Assembly: GCA_002269645.1 (NCBI GenBank)
Contig: NIVC01003430.1
Location: forward strand, 34,030-98,029
Reading direction: 5' to 3'
Source of the DNA: Macrostomum lignano
Lineage: Eukaryota
Length of the DNA stretch: 64,000 bases
The notes beneath the pieces were generated by a model. The model saw nothing but the letters and a program-made list of their open reading frames with translations. It searched no databases and was not told the origin of the DNA. Both the position numbers and the translations under genes were made by a program. Shown here one piece after another: positions 48,555-60,854 of this stretch. The stretch's first letter is position 1. The number at the start of each line of letters is the position of its first letter.

Positions 48555-48962
48555 ACAGGTGCACTACCGGTCTGCACTACCGGTCTGCACTACCGGTCTG
48601 CACTACCGGTCTGCACTACCGGTCTGCACTACCGGTCTGCACTACCGGTCTGCACTACCGGTCTGCATTACCGGTCTGCACTACCGGTCTGCACTACCGG
48701 TCTGCATTACCGGTCTCCACTACCGGTCTGCACTACCGGTCTGCACTACCGGTCTGCATTACCGGTCTGCACTACCGGTCTGCACTACCGGTCTGCACTA
48801 CCGGTCTGCACTACCGGTCTGCACTACCGGTCTGCATTACCGGTCTGCACTACCGGTCTGCACTACCGGTCTGCACTACCGGTCTGCATTACCGGTCTCC
48901 ACTACCGGTCTGCACTACCGGTCTGCACTACCGGTCTGCACTACCGGTCTGCACTACCGGTC
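48555..48962 (+). repeat. 13-bp minisatellite (accggtctgcact), about 31 copies
   Basis: Direct reading. Confidence 0.95.
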
Positions 48963-49599
48963 CGCTCATAACATTTCGGCACAGAACATGTCATCAAAGT
49001 ACTTATAACTAAGAAATCCAATTGCTGATATTTTTCAATTTTGACGCAGTCGTCTACAGGCTCACTATGCTTGAATCCATGTACGCCGAACTAGGAATGC
49101 ATTCTACTGAATCCGCAGCTCTGAAGGACCTGCTGCAGGTGTTTGAATGGCTCCCAGGCTTCTGCGGATGCATTGGATCTTGTCTTCTGCTTTCGGCATC
49201 TGTTGCAGCATTTCTAACTGCATAAAAAGCCAGTCTGCAACAGAACTGCTTTTGCCCGATAGATTGGCTGCTGAAATGCATCATGAAACGAGAAAAAGCG
49301 AACTGCTGCAGGCTGCTTCAGTGGTAATGCAATACGGTGCTTGTGAGAATCGTCATTTTCCTGTTTTTTAAGGTAAAACATACACCACGATGGAGAGTGC
49401 CTCAACATTCTCAAGGAAACCACACAGCCACCATCCAAGGTGACGGTTTTGCTTGTAGCAGCAATCGTCTCGCTAAACGATGCTGTTTGCAGATATCGAG
49501 TTTTAGCTTCAGCAAATAATTTGACTCTCTTCCCGCATGTAGGGCTACTCTCTTCTCCGTCCACGCACGCGTCGTTTGTACTTTTATCTTATCTCAAAA

Positions 49600-50740
49600 T
49601 ATTGTAGAAATAAATACAAAAGCTGCTCTTAACTTAGCTGCGGGGCTGTCCCGGAGGGGACACAGCGAGAAGGCTAATCCCCGAACGGCCGACGCGTCGC
49701 TATGGACGAAGGGTTGGCGCCGCCCAGGGAGGTCCCCCAGTGTCGCCAGCAGCTATGGTGCTCTCTGAAAGGGAGAGTTCAGCCCTGCTGGTGGCCCAGA
49801 GGTAGCACATGAGCTGATTAAAAGTGTGGCCTGGAGGTAAGTGAGTCTGGCTCGCATGAAGGTGGGACAGATGCTGACGGAATGTTCAGCGGTTTCGTCA
49901 CCTTAGTTACAAAAGCTGCACAGGCGTTGGTGGTGTTGCCCTGCAGGTACTGGTGCCTGCAGAAGCAGCCGTGACCCGAGAGGGCAGCCCGGATGTCTCT
50001 TCGCGAGAGGCGCAGGAGGAGCTTCCGGAGCTGGTGAGAGGGCTGAGGGACAGCGCCTCTGGATTGCCTGCAGGTAGTGCAGTTCTCCCAGGCTGAGCAG
50101 TGCTGAGTCCTGATCCACGCCTTGATGCGCGAGTCGATGGCACAGCCAGGAATCGGGACAATGGGTTCAGGCCCGAGAGAGGAGCCGGAGGCGCCAACTT
50201 TTGCAAGGGTGTCAGCCAGCTCATTTCCTCTGATCCCCACATGCCCCGGAACCCACTTAAGGGTTATTTTGTTGGCGGAACCCAACATGTTGAGGAGTTT
50301 GATACAGTCGAGGACTGTAGCAGAGTTGGTACTACAGCCACTGATGGCGTGCAAGGCAGCTTGGCTGTCCGAATGGAAAATGATGTTCTTGCCGGTTTCG
50401 CCAGTGGCGAGAAGCTCTGCAGTGCAAGAGCTGATGGCGAGACCTTCATTTTGGAAGACACTGGAGTTGACCCCAGTATCCTGAGCGTGGTTTGCGATGA
50501 CCCTCCCGTTCAGGAAGATCCCAACACCAAAGCCGGTGTTGACTGACTGCTTTAAACCATCGGTGGTAGCAGTGGAGCTCACCAGGGTTCCAGTGGTCAT
50601 TGATGGTATCGCGCGGGTCGATAGCTACGGAGTAGCGTTGTCTCAGATTGAGCGTTGAGGCAATGCCATCGGTGAAGACGCGATTGGCCTGACACTCGTT
50701 GAGAATGTTGAGGCACAGGTCACATGGGATGGGAACTGCA
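49600..50740 (-). mobile_element. 5'-truncated non-LTR retrotransposon (I-group, probably LOA-like) with RNase H and degenerate C-terminal Cys/His region
   Basis: TDG...GVG; SSVFQNEGLAI; IIFHSDSQAAL; ITLKWVPGHVGIRGNELADTLAK; LSGHGCFCRHQYLQG. Frameshifted at both ends. Confidence 0.88.
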
Positions 50741-51152
50741 AATATCCACTTGGAAACTGCAAAGATCCATTTGGAAACTACAAAAATCCGTTTAGAAACT
50801 ACAAAAATGATTATGTGAGATGAGATTGCACGCAGTGGAGTTTTGCTCATTCCGTCAGCAGAGCCAGTGCAAACGCAGACTAAAATCCAACACACTGGAA
50901 CCGGCATTTGCTCCAGTGCAAGATTGCAATACACACAATATTCCTAGCACAATGCTTCGCTCATGGTCTAAACGGCATGCACAAAAGCGTCTAAACTTTC
51001 ACAAATTGTGAATATTCTAAAATATTTTTTAGGTTTAAATGACTCCAAAATTTTGTAAAAAACTTTTAAGTGAGAGTTGGAGCCACAATGGAGTCACAGC
51101 TCAGTGCCAGCCAGCCCAGCCGAGTGAATTCACGGTCACTCCCTGCCGAGCT

Positions 51153-51917
51153 TCAGTCGAACGGGGATGCGCACTCGCACAGGAACCGGTCGCAGCCTGA
51201 GTAGCCTTCCGGCATGTCCGTGAGATATTTAAAGCCCGAGAATCGACCGAGCCAGTGCTCTTTGCCTCCAGAATCATTCGGCTCGCCAGAGGCCCACAGG
51301 CCGGCGTCCACGGTGATGTTGCAGCCGACCCAGTGCCAGCCGCCTGCCGGCTCCGCGCTGCCGGGTGGCTGGAAGCCTCCGAGCCACATCGAGCTGCCGC
51401 TGGCGTAGAGAGACCGCAGCGACTCCACGTGGCTCATCTCTGAGCTGCTCGTCACGTCCGCCATGATCACCAGACCGCTCTCCGACTCGCACTTCTGCCG
51501 GCTCGTCTCCCACAGTTTGTCAGCGCTGTTGTAGACCTTGTACCTGACTCCACACAGGTTGTCGCCGTATCCGGGCGGACACAGCAGTCCCGCTGGCAGT
51601 CCCGGCTGCTGCTTCACGAACACTCGGCCTCGTCTCGAGCAGCCGCAGTCCCTCACAGACTTGCTGCACTTGTTGAACTCGAACAGCTGGCACGGACCGT
51701 CGGACAGGCTGAAGGCCTGGCACTGCGGCCTCAGGCGGCACAGGAGGGCGCACTGCAGCTCCGAAGCGACTCCAGCGAAGGTTCGGACGAAGTCGCTGTT
51801 GATGCACAGGGAGCCGTCGATCGGAGAGAACTTGGTGCTGCAGACCGGATCCCGAGTTGATTCATCCGCAGCAGCAACTGCCAGAAGAACAGTCAGAGCC
51901 AGGAGCACGGACAGCAT
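51153..51917 (-). CDS. Secreted PAN/Apple + C-type lectin-like protein, copy C (254 aa from the signal-peptide Met at 51917)
   Basis: MLSVLLALTVLLAVAAA signal peptide; EPN motif; divergent C-terminal loop HWLGRFSGFKYLTDMPEGYSGCDRFLCEC. Confidence 0.8.
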   Translation of the reverse strand: MLSVLLALTVLLAVAAADESTRDPVCSTKFSPIDGSLCINSDFVRTFAGVASELQCALLCRLRPQCQAFSLSDGPCQLFEFNKCSKSVRDCGCSRRGRVFVKQQPGLPAGLLCPPGYGDNLCGVRYKVYNSADKLWETSRQKCESESGLVIMADVTSSSEMSHVESLRSLYASGSSMWLGGFQPPGSAEPAGGWHWVGCNITVDAGLWASGEPNDSGGKEHWLGRFSGFKYLTDMPEGYSGCDRFLCECASPFD

Positions 51918-52454
51918 GGTGTTGCTGTCAAAGCCTGTTCTGCTCAGCTTGTGCCGCTCAGCCTGGGTGCTGTGGCACCATTTATCAGAATTCGCTCCCT
52001 GCAATGAGATTCAATGAGATTCAATGAGATCCTCACGGCCCCTCATTGGCTGCTATGAGCATTTTTGTTCTGGTTGGTTTCCTGAGACAGTGAAAGTCCG
52101 TTTGACTGAATGAGTCAGGCAGAGCAACAGCCCTCAGGCCGGAAACTTGCTTGCACCGAGTCAGACAACCGTTCTCGCTCATTGCAACTGGCCATGAATA
52201 GAAGCCCTTTGACTTAAGATGCTTTGAAAGCTGGAGCTGCTCAGACTGGTTCTCACTCTGCCCCTTAGCGCAGCTGGAGCAGGAAGAGATCCAAGAGCTC
52301 TGCAAGTGGACTAAGTGTTCAAAGGGAATGTCATCTCAAGTCTGTCATTGTTCTACCCGGCAAGAAAGTCGGCGTGAAGGCGCTCACGACCGTGATGGTA
52401 CGGGTGTACATTGCGTACGCCCTCTGTAAATCGAAATTGAAACGAAATTGAAAC

Positions 52455-53050
52455 ATTTAGCCTGCAAGTGACCGGTGCTCTTGCTCTCAAACCCCCGTTT
52501 TGACTGCCTAGGAGGTTGGACGCCTAAGCCTCTGTCGCGCTCTATTTATTATCTATCTTATCTTATCTACGAGCCCAGCCTTCGTCTAGTTCATTCAAAC
52601 TCCAATCGTACTCGCCATCGAAGGTGAAGGTCCAACAGCCCCTGGTCCTCGCCGCTGCACATGGTGTCGAACAATGATGTTACGGTGCAGGATCGGCAGT
52701 TCCGCCTGCCCGAGCAAAAGTACAACGCGTTTAACCGTAAGCTGCTCGCCTTGTATCTGGTTGTCCGGCACTTCCGCTACGCCCTCGATGTCCAGCACGT
52801 GGAAGACAAGGATAACCCGGTCGCGTACGCGTCACGGTCGCTTTGGTGCAGCTCCGGCTGCCGGAAATTCCATCAAGAGGTCACCCACCAAATTCAGCGG
52901 TGGCCACCCACCACCGGCCGCTCGACATGACGGCAGCCAACTCGCCGGTGCAGACCAACAACGTTTGATGCATGGCTCAGTGCTTGGGGGGGGAGCGTGT
53001 GGCGGCTAGGCATGCCTGTGACCGGTGCTCGTGCACTCAAACCCCTGTTT
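52455..53050 (+). mobile_element. Internally deleted Gypsy-type LTR element (LTR-PBS-RNase H scraps-PPT-LTR)
   Basis: Direct repeat gtgaccggtgctc...ctcaaacccc at ~52470 and ~53020. CA|TGGTGTCGAAC PBS-like at 52662. EQKYNAFNRKLLALYLVVRHFRY and DVQHVEDKDNPVAYASR are Gypsy RNase H-like. [15 protein letters not shown] then TG at 52998. Confidence 0.7.
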
Positions 53051-53199
53051 GTTTTTTTTGATCCGGACAGTCAGTTTTAAAACAGATACAGCATGCCCCA
53101 GACACCCAGGTAACAGCAACGTAATAAATTGCATTTTTCGGAGTTCAACTCAAAGAACTAAATGTACTTTTAGCAAACAGAAATAAAATACAAGAATAC

Positions 53200-55800
53200 A
53201 AAGAAGACAAAATTCAGTTTTCAGTTTCCCATCTCATTTTTTCTAAGGATCGATACGGAACAATACCCCATTGTAGTCGCTGGATGCGAGCCTTCGGAGC
53301 TGTAAAAACTGCTCCCCTCAGAATTCCAGTGTGCATCGGTGAGATTAACTGAAAAACGCTTTTTACATTATCCGCGGCGGATCTCCAAACAAAAGACCTC
53401 GGCGTTCGAAGTCTTGCATCCTCGCAGTGAAAAAGTTGACGGATAAAGACAGCAGCAGGGGTCCAAGCAGCGCACAAAGGAAGCTCGCGCCTGAGCTACA
53501 GGCCGTCGGCTGTTACAGCTCGGTCTGCACAATGGTCGCGCCAGAGACCAGGACTGGGTGCCATAGGAACCTGTGCTAGCAGTCGGAGCGTCGTTGAGGC
53601 GATGATGCGAAACTCGAGCCGGTCTCCTTTCGAGCTTTGCAGAATGATACCTCCCGCTGTTGTCGAGCACAACGCAATGTCGAGCACGGGTTCGTCACGA
53701 ACCGGCACCCGATGGTGCTGCTCGGGAATAGCGATGGCGATCTCCAAGAGCGCGCGTAGCAGCGGCTTGGCAGGTTTGGCCACCTTGCAGAACCGGCTCA
53801 GCTTTCCTACCCGATCCTAAAGGCAATGATTTTGCAGGCTTCTTGCCCTCACGCAGTCCATTCTACCTGTCAGGTAACGACAGCTGGCTGGGCTGAGCGC
53901 CTTGGGCCAATTGCTCTCAAAGCCGAGCCGCTGCAGGGTGGCCAAGAGAAACTCTTGCAGCACCCGGTAAACCTCATAGTCTCTCGCGGTGATGCAAAAG
54001 TCGTCCAGATAAGCTATGATGGCAAAGTTAGATAGTTGCAAGATTCTGACTGACTGACCAGCAGATATGAAGCGGCAGGTCGACACCCGTGACCTCGTAG
54101 CAGTCCGGGTGCACTTTAACACCTCGGTAGTCATGGCGAAGGTCGATCTTGCTGAGGAAAAAGCCTGGCGCCAGCAACCCGGTGAGTTCCTCGACGTTGG
54201 CGAACTTCTGCTTCTGGCAAGGCTTGCACGGATCGTCGATGCTGCGGTCTTGAGGCATTGCCGATCAGGCCAATGGCTCCGTCTGCTTTGGCGATAGCAC
54301 CGAGTGGGCTGATGATGGTCAGCCTGGCGATGCCGAGGTCAGTCGCGCTGATGTAGCGCCTGGCCAGCATCTCTGCTTGGATCTGCTTGTCAAAGGTGTG
54401 CCGATTTTCTTCGCAGTGGGCAGAATCGTGGCGGTGATTCTCAAGCTGGGAGTCACCAACCAGGACAGAATCTATGATGCAAAAGCCATCACGGATACCA
54501 GTGCTTAAAAATTCAGTGCCGGTGTCACAACGCTAAACCGGTGTCCGGGCAGATGATGGCAGCGACCAGCAGTTGGCTCGGAAGCAGGGTGGGCGGTGAT
54601 GTCAGCAGGTGATGTCAGCAGGGTCGGCGGTGATGTCAGCAGGGTGGGCGGTGATGTCAGCAGGGTGGGCGGTGATGTCAGCAGGGTGGGCGGTGATGTC
54701 AGCAGGGTGGGCGATGATGTCAGCAGGGTGGGCGATGATGTCAGCAGGGTGGGCGGTGATGTCAGCAGGGTGGGCGGTGATGTCAGCAGGGTGGGCGATG
54801 ATGTCAGCAGGGTGGGCGGTGATGTCAGCAGGGTGGGCGGTGATGTCAGCAGGGTGGGCGATGATGTCAGCAGGGTGGGCGGTGATGTCAGCAGGGTGGG
54901 CGGTGATGTCAGCAGGGTGGGCGGTGATGTCAGCAGGGTGGGCGGTGATGTCAGCGGGGTGAGCGGCAAAACGAGCATGATAACCGCAGCAACTTAAAAT
55001 ATTTGGTCGCTTAGCAGACCTTATTGGCTCATTGCTAAAACAGGGTCTGCTGCGGCCCCGCCTCGGTGCTCAGGTTTTTGGTCCAGAGGCTCCCGAACGT
55101 GTTGAAGCCTTCAGTGACTCCCCTAGCAGATGCGTCAGATGTGAGCGAAGTTGCAGGTGTTTCTGTGGCAACCTTTGGCGCTATTGAACAGGCCGCAAAT
55201 TATCTGTCCAGATGCTCCACTGCTCTGCTCCGTTAACTTGGACTCCTTGACTGATGGCCAATTGGCCAGCAGCTCGCAGATTTTTAGGGACCGTCAGGCG
55301 CTTCAAAATCGTGTTCAAGTTGCGCTGTCGCGAGTGCTGCAGCCGCCTCATGTCTCGGTCGTACTTAACCAACAGCTCGCCAGTGTGGATATTGAAGCTG
55401 GGGTAGGTTAGCTTCTTGAAGTTGAGCTCTTCATGCGCGCCCGGCGTCACCAACTGCCCAGTCTCCAGGAGCTGAGGAGCTGCTGCATGATACGCGCTGC
55501 ATGGCGTTCCTGCGTCAGCCATCCTCCCGACTGCAGCTTCTCATTCAGAAAGTCGGCCGGGGATGAGTTGAGCAGTGCTGCAGATGGTTGCAGCCAAATC
55601 ATACTTGAGCTGCCGACCCTGGCCCCTGAACAGGCTGGAGTGAATGCCCGGCTTTTCGCTGGCTGGCAAGCAGCGCTTTGGCTTCGCTCCGGGTCGATTG
55701 GATCTCTTCTCATAGCTGGTCTCAGCCCTTTTGAGGGCTTACACAGTCATGCTGTTAAGATTTTACTCCATTGTGCAGCGCGAGGCTGGTGAGGCAGTCA
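53200..55800 (-). mobile_element. Decayed DIRS/Ngaro-type tyrosine-recombinase retrotransposon (gag-like, RT, RNase H fragments)
   Basis: IISPLGAIAKADGAIGLIGNASRP, FLSKIDLRHDYRGVKVHPDCYEVTG and AYLDDFCI are DIRS-type RT motifs split over frames. Outer limits are approximate. Confidence 0.72.
54595..54960 (+). repeat. 21-bp minisatellite (gatgtcagcagggtgggcggt) within the DIRS remnant
   Basis: Direct reading. Confidence 0.95.
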
Positions 55801-56251
55801 AAAATAGCAGATCCTTTAACAAGCGTCTCATTGCATTGTTGCTTCAGACGCACCACTGGTAAATGGAGTTCCGAGTGGCTGTCTTCAGAGTGAATCTGTT
55901 GTGTCTATTGTCTATTATTCTATTCAATGTGTCAGAGTTTAGAAATCATTCAAATGCACTACAAGCACAAACACTAGCGTTTTTTGTGTCAATCATGCTC
56001 GGTTCTTAGGCCAAACAAGAGATCCTTTCAGTCAAGTTGATCGGATTTCTAAGTGCGAATAAAAATGTCAGGAATATTTTTAATACATCAAACAGATTCT
56101 TTAAAATATTTTACAAACTACTAACACCACGAAAGACATTCAGTAAAGACACATATAACTTCACGCGAAAATTACTGAAATTACTTGAAGTATGTCTGAA
56201 AAAAAGCGATTCTGTGCTGTGAATTTCTGTTAGTTACCTGCCATTGGCTCA

Positions 56252-56353
56252 CCACAGGCCGGCGTCCACAGCAATGTTGCAGCCAAACAAGAAGCGACTC
56301 CACGTGGCTCATCTCTGAGCTGCTCGTCACGTCCGCCATGATTACCAGACCGC
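56252..56353 (-). pseudogene. Internally deleted fragment of a PAN-CTLD lectin gene
   Basis: cacaggccggcgtccac..atgttgcagcc (the CNITVDAGLW region) is joined to gaagcgactccacgtggctcatctctgagctgctcgtcacgtccgccatg (VIMADVTSSSEMSHVESLR), with the intervening ~80 nt missing. Confidence 0.85.
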
Positions 56354-57167
56354 ACTGTAGAGATTTCCAAACATAGTAGACTACTAGAAATAGTAAGATA
56401 AAATTATAAATACAAATTTAAAAATAGCAATGCGTCATACTCTATTTTTAGTAATTACCAGTAATATCACGAAAACAGCGAGAGACTATTCTAGCACAAA
56501 TTGTTCTCAACATCTATTTTCAGAACTTCCAAATATGGTAAATGTTAATCTGAATGCCACCCAAGTCTCACCCTTTTCTATTCAAAAACCCCACCTGTCA
56601 ATACCTGACCTTACCTGATCAGTAGATTTTGAATTCGAGGCCTCCCTATTCCTAAGGGAGTGGATAGGATCTGCGGACCGATTCCGATACTCTTAGAGGA
56701 TTATTGATTTGATTGATTTTGGCACCCTAGAGTAACCGATAGGAGCACACGACTCCGATTCCGTTATTTCTAGAAGAAGACGCCCTTTTCTGGAGGACCT
56801 CGTCATTGTTAGAGTTGACTTTGCTAATACGGCGCATCTCTGATTTCTGCACTCGAGAATACTTTGACGCCGACGGGTTAAATTGTTACGCTCTCATATT
56901 CGGCCGATTCTCAGAACACAAGAAGACAACTCCGGAGGAAGACTACGAGCTCTACAAACCCGCCCGCCCGAGGTCTGGAAGTGGGAGTTCGTGCGTTTAG
57001 ACACTAGACTTAATTCTCTCTCCTATTCTCTTTCTCTCTCTCTCTCTCTCTAGTGTGCTAAAGCGAACTCTTCAGCATGTCGACTTTTTCGGCTGCCTGG
57101 CTTCCCTGGGTCTCGACACCAGGACATCCGCGTGAAAGCTATGAGAGGGTTAGGGGGTTAGGTGTTC

Positions 57168-58335
57168 CTCATCAACATCAGCATCACCATCAACAACAAC
57201 AGCATCATCAACATCAGCAACATCAGCATCAGCAACATCAGCATCAGCAACATCAGCATCAGCAATATCAGCATCAGCAACATCAGCATCATCAACAATA
57301 GCATCATCATCAACAACATCATAATCATCATCCACAGCAACATCAACATCAGCATCAGCAACATCAGCATCATCCACAGCAACATCAACATCAGCATCAG
57401 CAACATCAGCATCAGCAAAATCAGCATCAGCAACATCAGCATCATCCACAGCAACATCAACATCAGCATCAGCAACATCAGCATCAGCAAAATCAGCATC
57501 AGCAACATCAGCATCATCAACAACAGCATCATCATCAACAACACCATAATCATCATCCACAGCAACATCAACATCAGCATCAGCAACATCAGCATCAGCA
57601 ACATCAGCATCAGCAAAATCAGCATCAGCAACATCAGCATCAGCAACATCAGCATCATCAACAACAGCATCACAATCAACAACAGCACCATCATCAACAA
57701 CAGCATCAGGGGCGCTAGGGACCAGACCTCCACGTGGTGCGCCCTGGGGGAGTCTATATTGTATTATATACAATACACTCCGCGAACATGGTCCGAGATA
57801 CGTTGCCAAGAACCCAGACCCAGACGGAAGTGCCCAGTGATGGACAACACCAGGAGGAAGACCGGCATCACGGATATGGGCGGCTTATGCGCCATGCCCG
57901 AGGAATGCCGGGCCCTTTGGAACGAGTTCCGAATACGGGCTAAAATGAAGAGAGAATAGGGCTGTGGTACGGCAACGCCAACAACAACAACAACAACAGC
58001 ATCATCATCAACAACATCATAATCATCATCCACAGCAACATCAACATCAGCATCAGCAACATCAGCATCATCAACATCAGCATCATCAACAGCAACAGCA
58101 ACATCAGAATCAGCAACATCAGCATCAGCATCATCAACATCAGCAACATCAGCATCAGCATCATCAACATCAGCATCATCAACAGCAACAGCAACATCAG
58201 AATCAGCAACATCAGCATCATCAACATCAGCATCATCAACAGCAACAGCAACATCAGAATCAGCAACATCAGCATCAGCATCATCAACATCAGCAACATC
58301 AGCATCAGCAACATCAGAATCAGCAACATCAACAT
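57168..58335 (+). repeat. Low-complexity (CAG/CAA/CAT)-based repeat in two blocks (57168-57710, 57975-58335)
   Basis: Direct reading; produces spurious poly-HQ, poly-SI and poly-ADV ORFs. Confidence 0.9.
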
Positions 58336-58364
58336 CAAGTGTCAACTTCCATAACGGTTTGAGC

Positions 58365-58460
58365 TTAGCCTAAACCCAAGGAGTAGGCTGATCACCCTGG
58401 CAAATTTAACCAGAAGACAAATACTCATTGATTTATTGCTTGTCTTTAAATTTCTGCTTT
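58365..58460 (+). repeat. Dispersed ~120-bp repeat, copy 2
   Basis: cccaaggagtaggctgatcaccct...actcattgatttattgcttg. Confidence 0.75.
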
Positions 58461-58701
58461 TAATTGCGCTGCTCAAATCGTTTATTGATGCACTTTTCGG
58501 GGCCAAGCAGTCACTGGGGAACTCAATTGTCACATGAGAAATTTTAGGTCAGTCTACTTCAACTCGCATTTGATTATTTTCAAGTTGTGCAGGTGCAGCT
58601 GAAACGGGTTACTCTGCATTCCTTAGCGGTAGGATGCGAACCCAACGCTCTAAAAGTGTTTGCTTACGAGTACTTGCGTTGATCTTCTTCAAAGAGGAAT
58701 T

Positions 58702-59427
58702 TCAGTTGAATGGCGACTGGCACTCGCAGAGGCCGAAGCTGGCCGATGTCAGATCCGTCAGGCCGCTCTTTCCCGAGTAGGCAGCGATCTTGTCCTGCCC
58801 GCCGTTGTTATCCGGCTCATTAAAGTTCCACAAACCGGCGTCCACGGTGATTTTGCAGCCGACCCAGTACCAGCCGCCTGCCGGCTCCGCGCTGCCGGCC
58901 GGCTGGAAGCCTCCCAGCCACAAATTGTTGCCATCACGAAGCGACTCCACGTGGCTCATCTCTGAGCTGCTCGTCACGTCCGCCATGATCACCAGACCGC
59001 TCTCCGACTCGCACTTCTGCCGGCTCGTCTCCCACAGTTTGTCGGCGCTGTTGTGGACCTTGTACTTGACTCCACACAGGCCGTCTCCGTATCCGGGCGG
59101 ACACAGCAGTCCTGCCGGCAGTCCCGGCTGCTGCCTCACGAACACCCGGCCTCGTCTCGAGCAGCCGCAGTCCCTCACAGACTTGCTGCACTTGTTGAAC
59201 TCGAACAGCTGGCACGGACCGTCGGACAGGCTGAAGGCCTGGCACTGCGGCCTCAGGCGGCACAGGAGGGCGCACTGCAGCTCCGAAGCGACTCCAGCGA
59301 AGGTTCGGACAAAGTCGCTGTTGATGCACAGGGAGCCGTCAATCGGAGAGAACTTGGTGCTGCACTGCGAAGCGGCAGCAAGTTTCAAAAGCAACGCAGT
59401 CGCTTGCAGTAAAAGCAGCGAGTGCAT
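58702..59427 (-). CDS. Secreted PAN/Apple + C-type lectin-like protein, copy D (241 aa)
   Basis: Paralog of copies A-C; EPD motif (WNFNEPDN). Confidence 0.8.
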   Translation of the reverse strand: MHSLLLLQATALLLKLAAASQCSTKFSPIDGSLCINSDFVRTFAGVASELQCALLCRLRPQCQAFSLSDGPCQLFEFNKCSKSVRDCGCSRRGRVFVRQQPGLPAGLLCPPGYGDGLCGVKYKVHNSADKLWETSRQKCESESGLVIMADVTSSSEMSHVESLRDGNNLWLGGFQPAGSAEPAGGWYWVGCKITVDAGLWNFNEPDNNGGQDKIAAYSGKSGLTDLTSASFGLCECQSPFN

Positions 59428-60247
59428 CGCGATGCTGTCTGTCGCTCTCCTGGTGTAAATTCTGCTCTGCCTGAAGCTCTGAGTTCTGAGTCCGTTTGAC
59501 CTGCTGATTTTTAAATTGCTTCGTGTTGGACTCTGACTGACTCTGATCTTTTTTGGACTGTGGGCTCTGGGGTTGGTGCTTGGGGTGGGTTATTTGTCTG
59601 GTGAGGGTTTGCGTACTCTGTGTACATCGTTGCTCATTCACTATTCCCTCGTGCATGCCTTATCTCTGTCACCCACCCCAATGCTATGCTGCGATGCTTA
59701 TTAATGTGTTTTCTGATCTTAGGTTGACTTCAATAAACTTTTGTCACAACTGAGAGCTAAAGCTATTGACTTTCACTTCGCATTCGCTCGCGGCTCCTCG
59801 GGCAGCATCTTTCCAGCCCAGCTGCCAGAAGCAGAGGTTCCTGTCCGTGTAAAATGCTGTCGCTTCTGCGCTGCTGCTGCTGCATCAATTCCCGTGCATT
59901 GACAAGCATTTCGCTACCCATTAACACGCACGCGGGATGCGTGCTATTGTCCATAGAAAAAAACATTAGTTTAACGAGTTTTTAGATGACCCAAATATCA
60001 ATTATTAGATGATTAATTTTTTATTTATACGGTTTATAATTGTAAATTATAAACAACAACTACTTATAGCATGAAAATGAGGGGGAAATGTCTAAAGCCA
60101 TAGTTTCTCTCGAAGAATTTGTATTTTTGATAGATACGCCCTACTCAAACACAGTGTTAATAAAATTGTTGTTGCCGTCAATGCAAACACGCATATTCTT
60201 GGTCGGACGTACAGGCCTCGATATGAACTGGCCGAGGAACCGGCTCG

Positions 60248-60854
60248 TCAATTGATTGTGGGGTGGCATTGCAACTGGTGATCCGTCATCACTTGCGTGC
60301 AGACAGTAGAACTGATAGAGCCGCTCGCATTAGCAGAGAAAGACGCCTCATTGGACGGCATTGTGCTTGTGCTTGGAATATGCCGGCTTAGTGCACAGTT
60401 CACTGCCTTGGAACTCCTGAACAGACTGCGGTCCCGGCACCTGGTTAAATACCTTTTGACCGTCTTCTCACATTTCTGACCGGTAATAAGCATTATGTCT
60501 TGCAGCGAATGGCCAGCGGCGTCTAGATCGCACACTCTAGTGACTCTGTGGGAGAATCAAAGGAAAGTAATTTTACATGAACTAGTTAAAACTATTATTT
60601 ATAAATATACTATTTATATACTATTTATATACCATATCGGAAAACGAAATTTACTTACCTAATACAGTGATTAGTGTAGACCTTGCTTAGACCGGCCCTC
60701 GCACTAAGTTTCTTCATAAATTCTTGAAGGAATCGATATCCTCGAGCGGTCTTCTCGGAGAAACGGTACGGTTTTAAAGATTGGCCTTGGAGAGGCTTCG
60801 GAAAAAAACGATAGCGAAGCGCAGGGCCTAAACGGGTATATTTATTCAAATATA
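60248..60854 (-). mobile_element. Crypton-type tyrosine recombinase (DUF3504-like) 3' exons, complement(join(60248..60545,60659..60854))
   Basis: FMKKLSARAGLSKVYTNHCIR / VTRVCDLDAAGHSLQDIMLITGQKCEKTVKRYL. A 113-nt intron (AG|gtaagt ... cccacag|A) joins the HxxR box in frame to the catalytic Tyr. Confidence 0.78.

Noticed and set aside
51918-52004. Longer N-terminus (MQGANSDK...) for lectin copy C
   Set aside because: The signal peptide and alignment with the paralogs begin at the Met at 51917.
13299-59458. Many long ORFs with periodic peptides (e.g. [40 protein letters not shown], poly-HQ, poly-ADV)
   Set aside because: They are translations of minisatellites, mostly inside introns or TEs, and are open in several frames on both strands.
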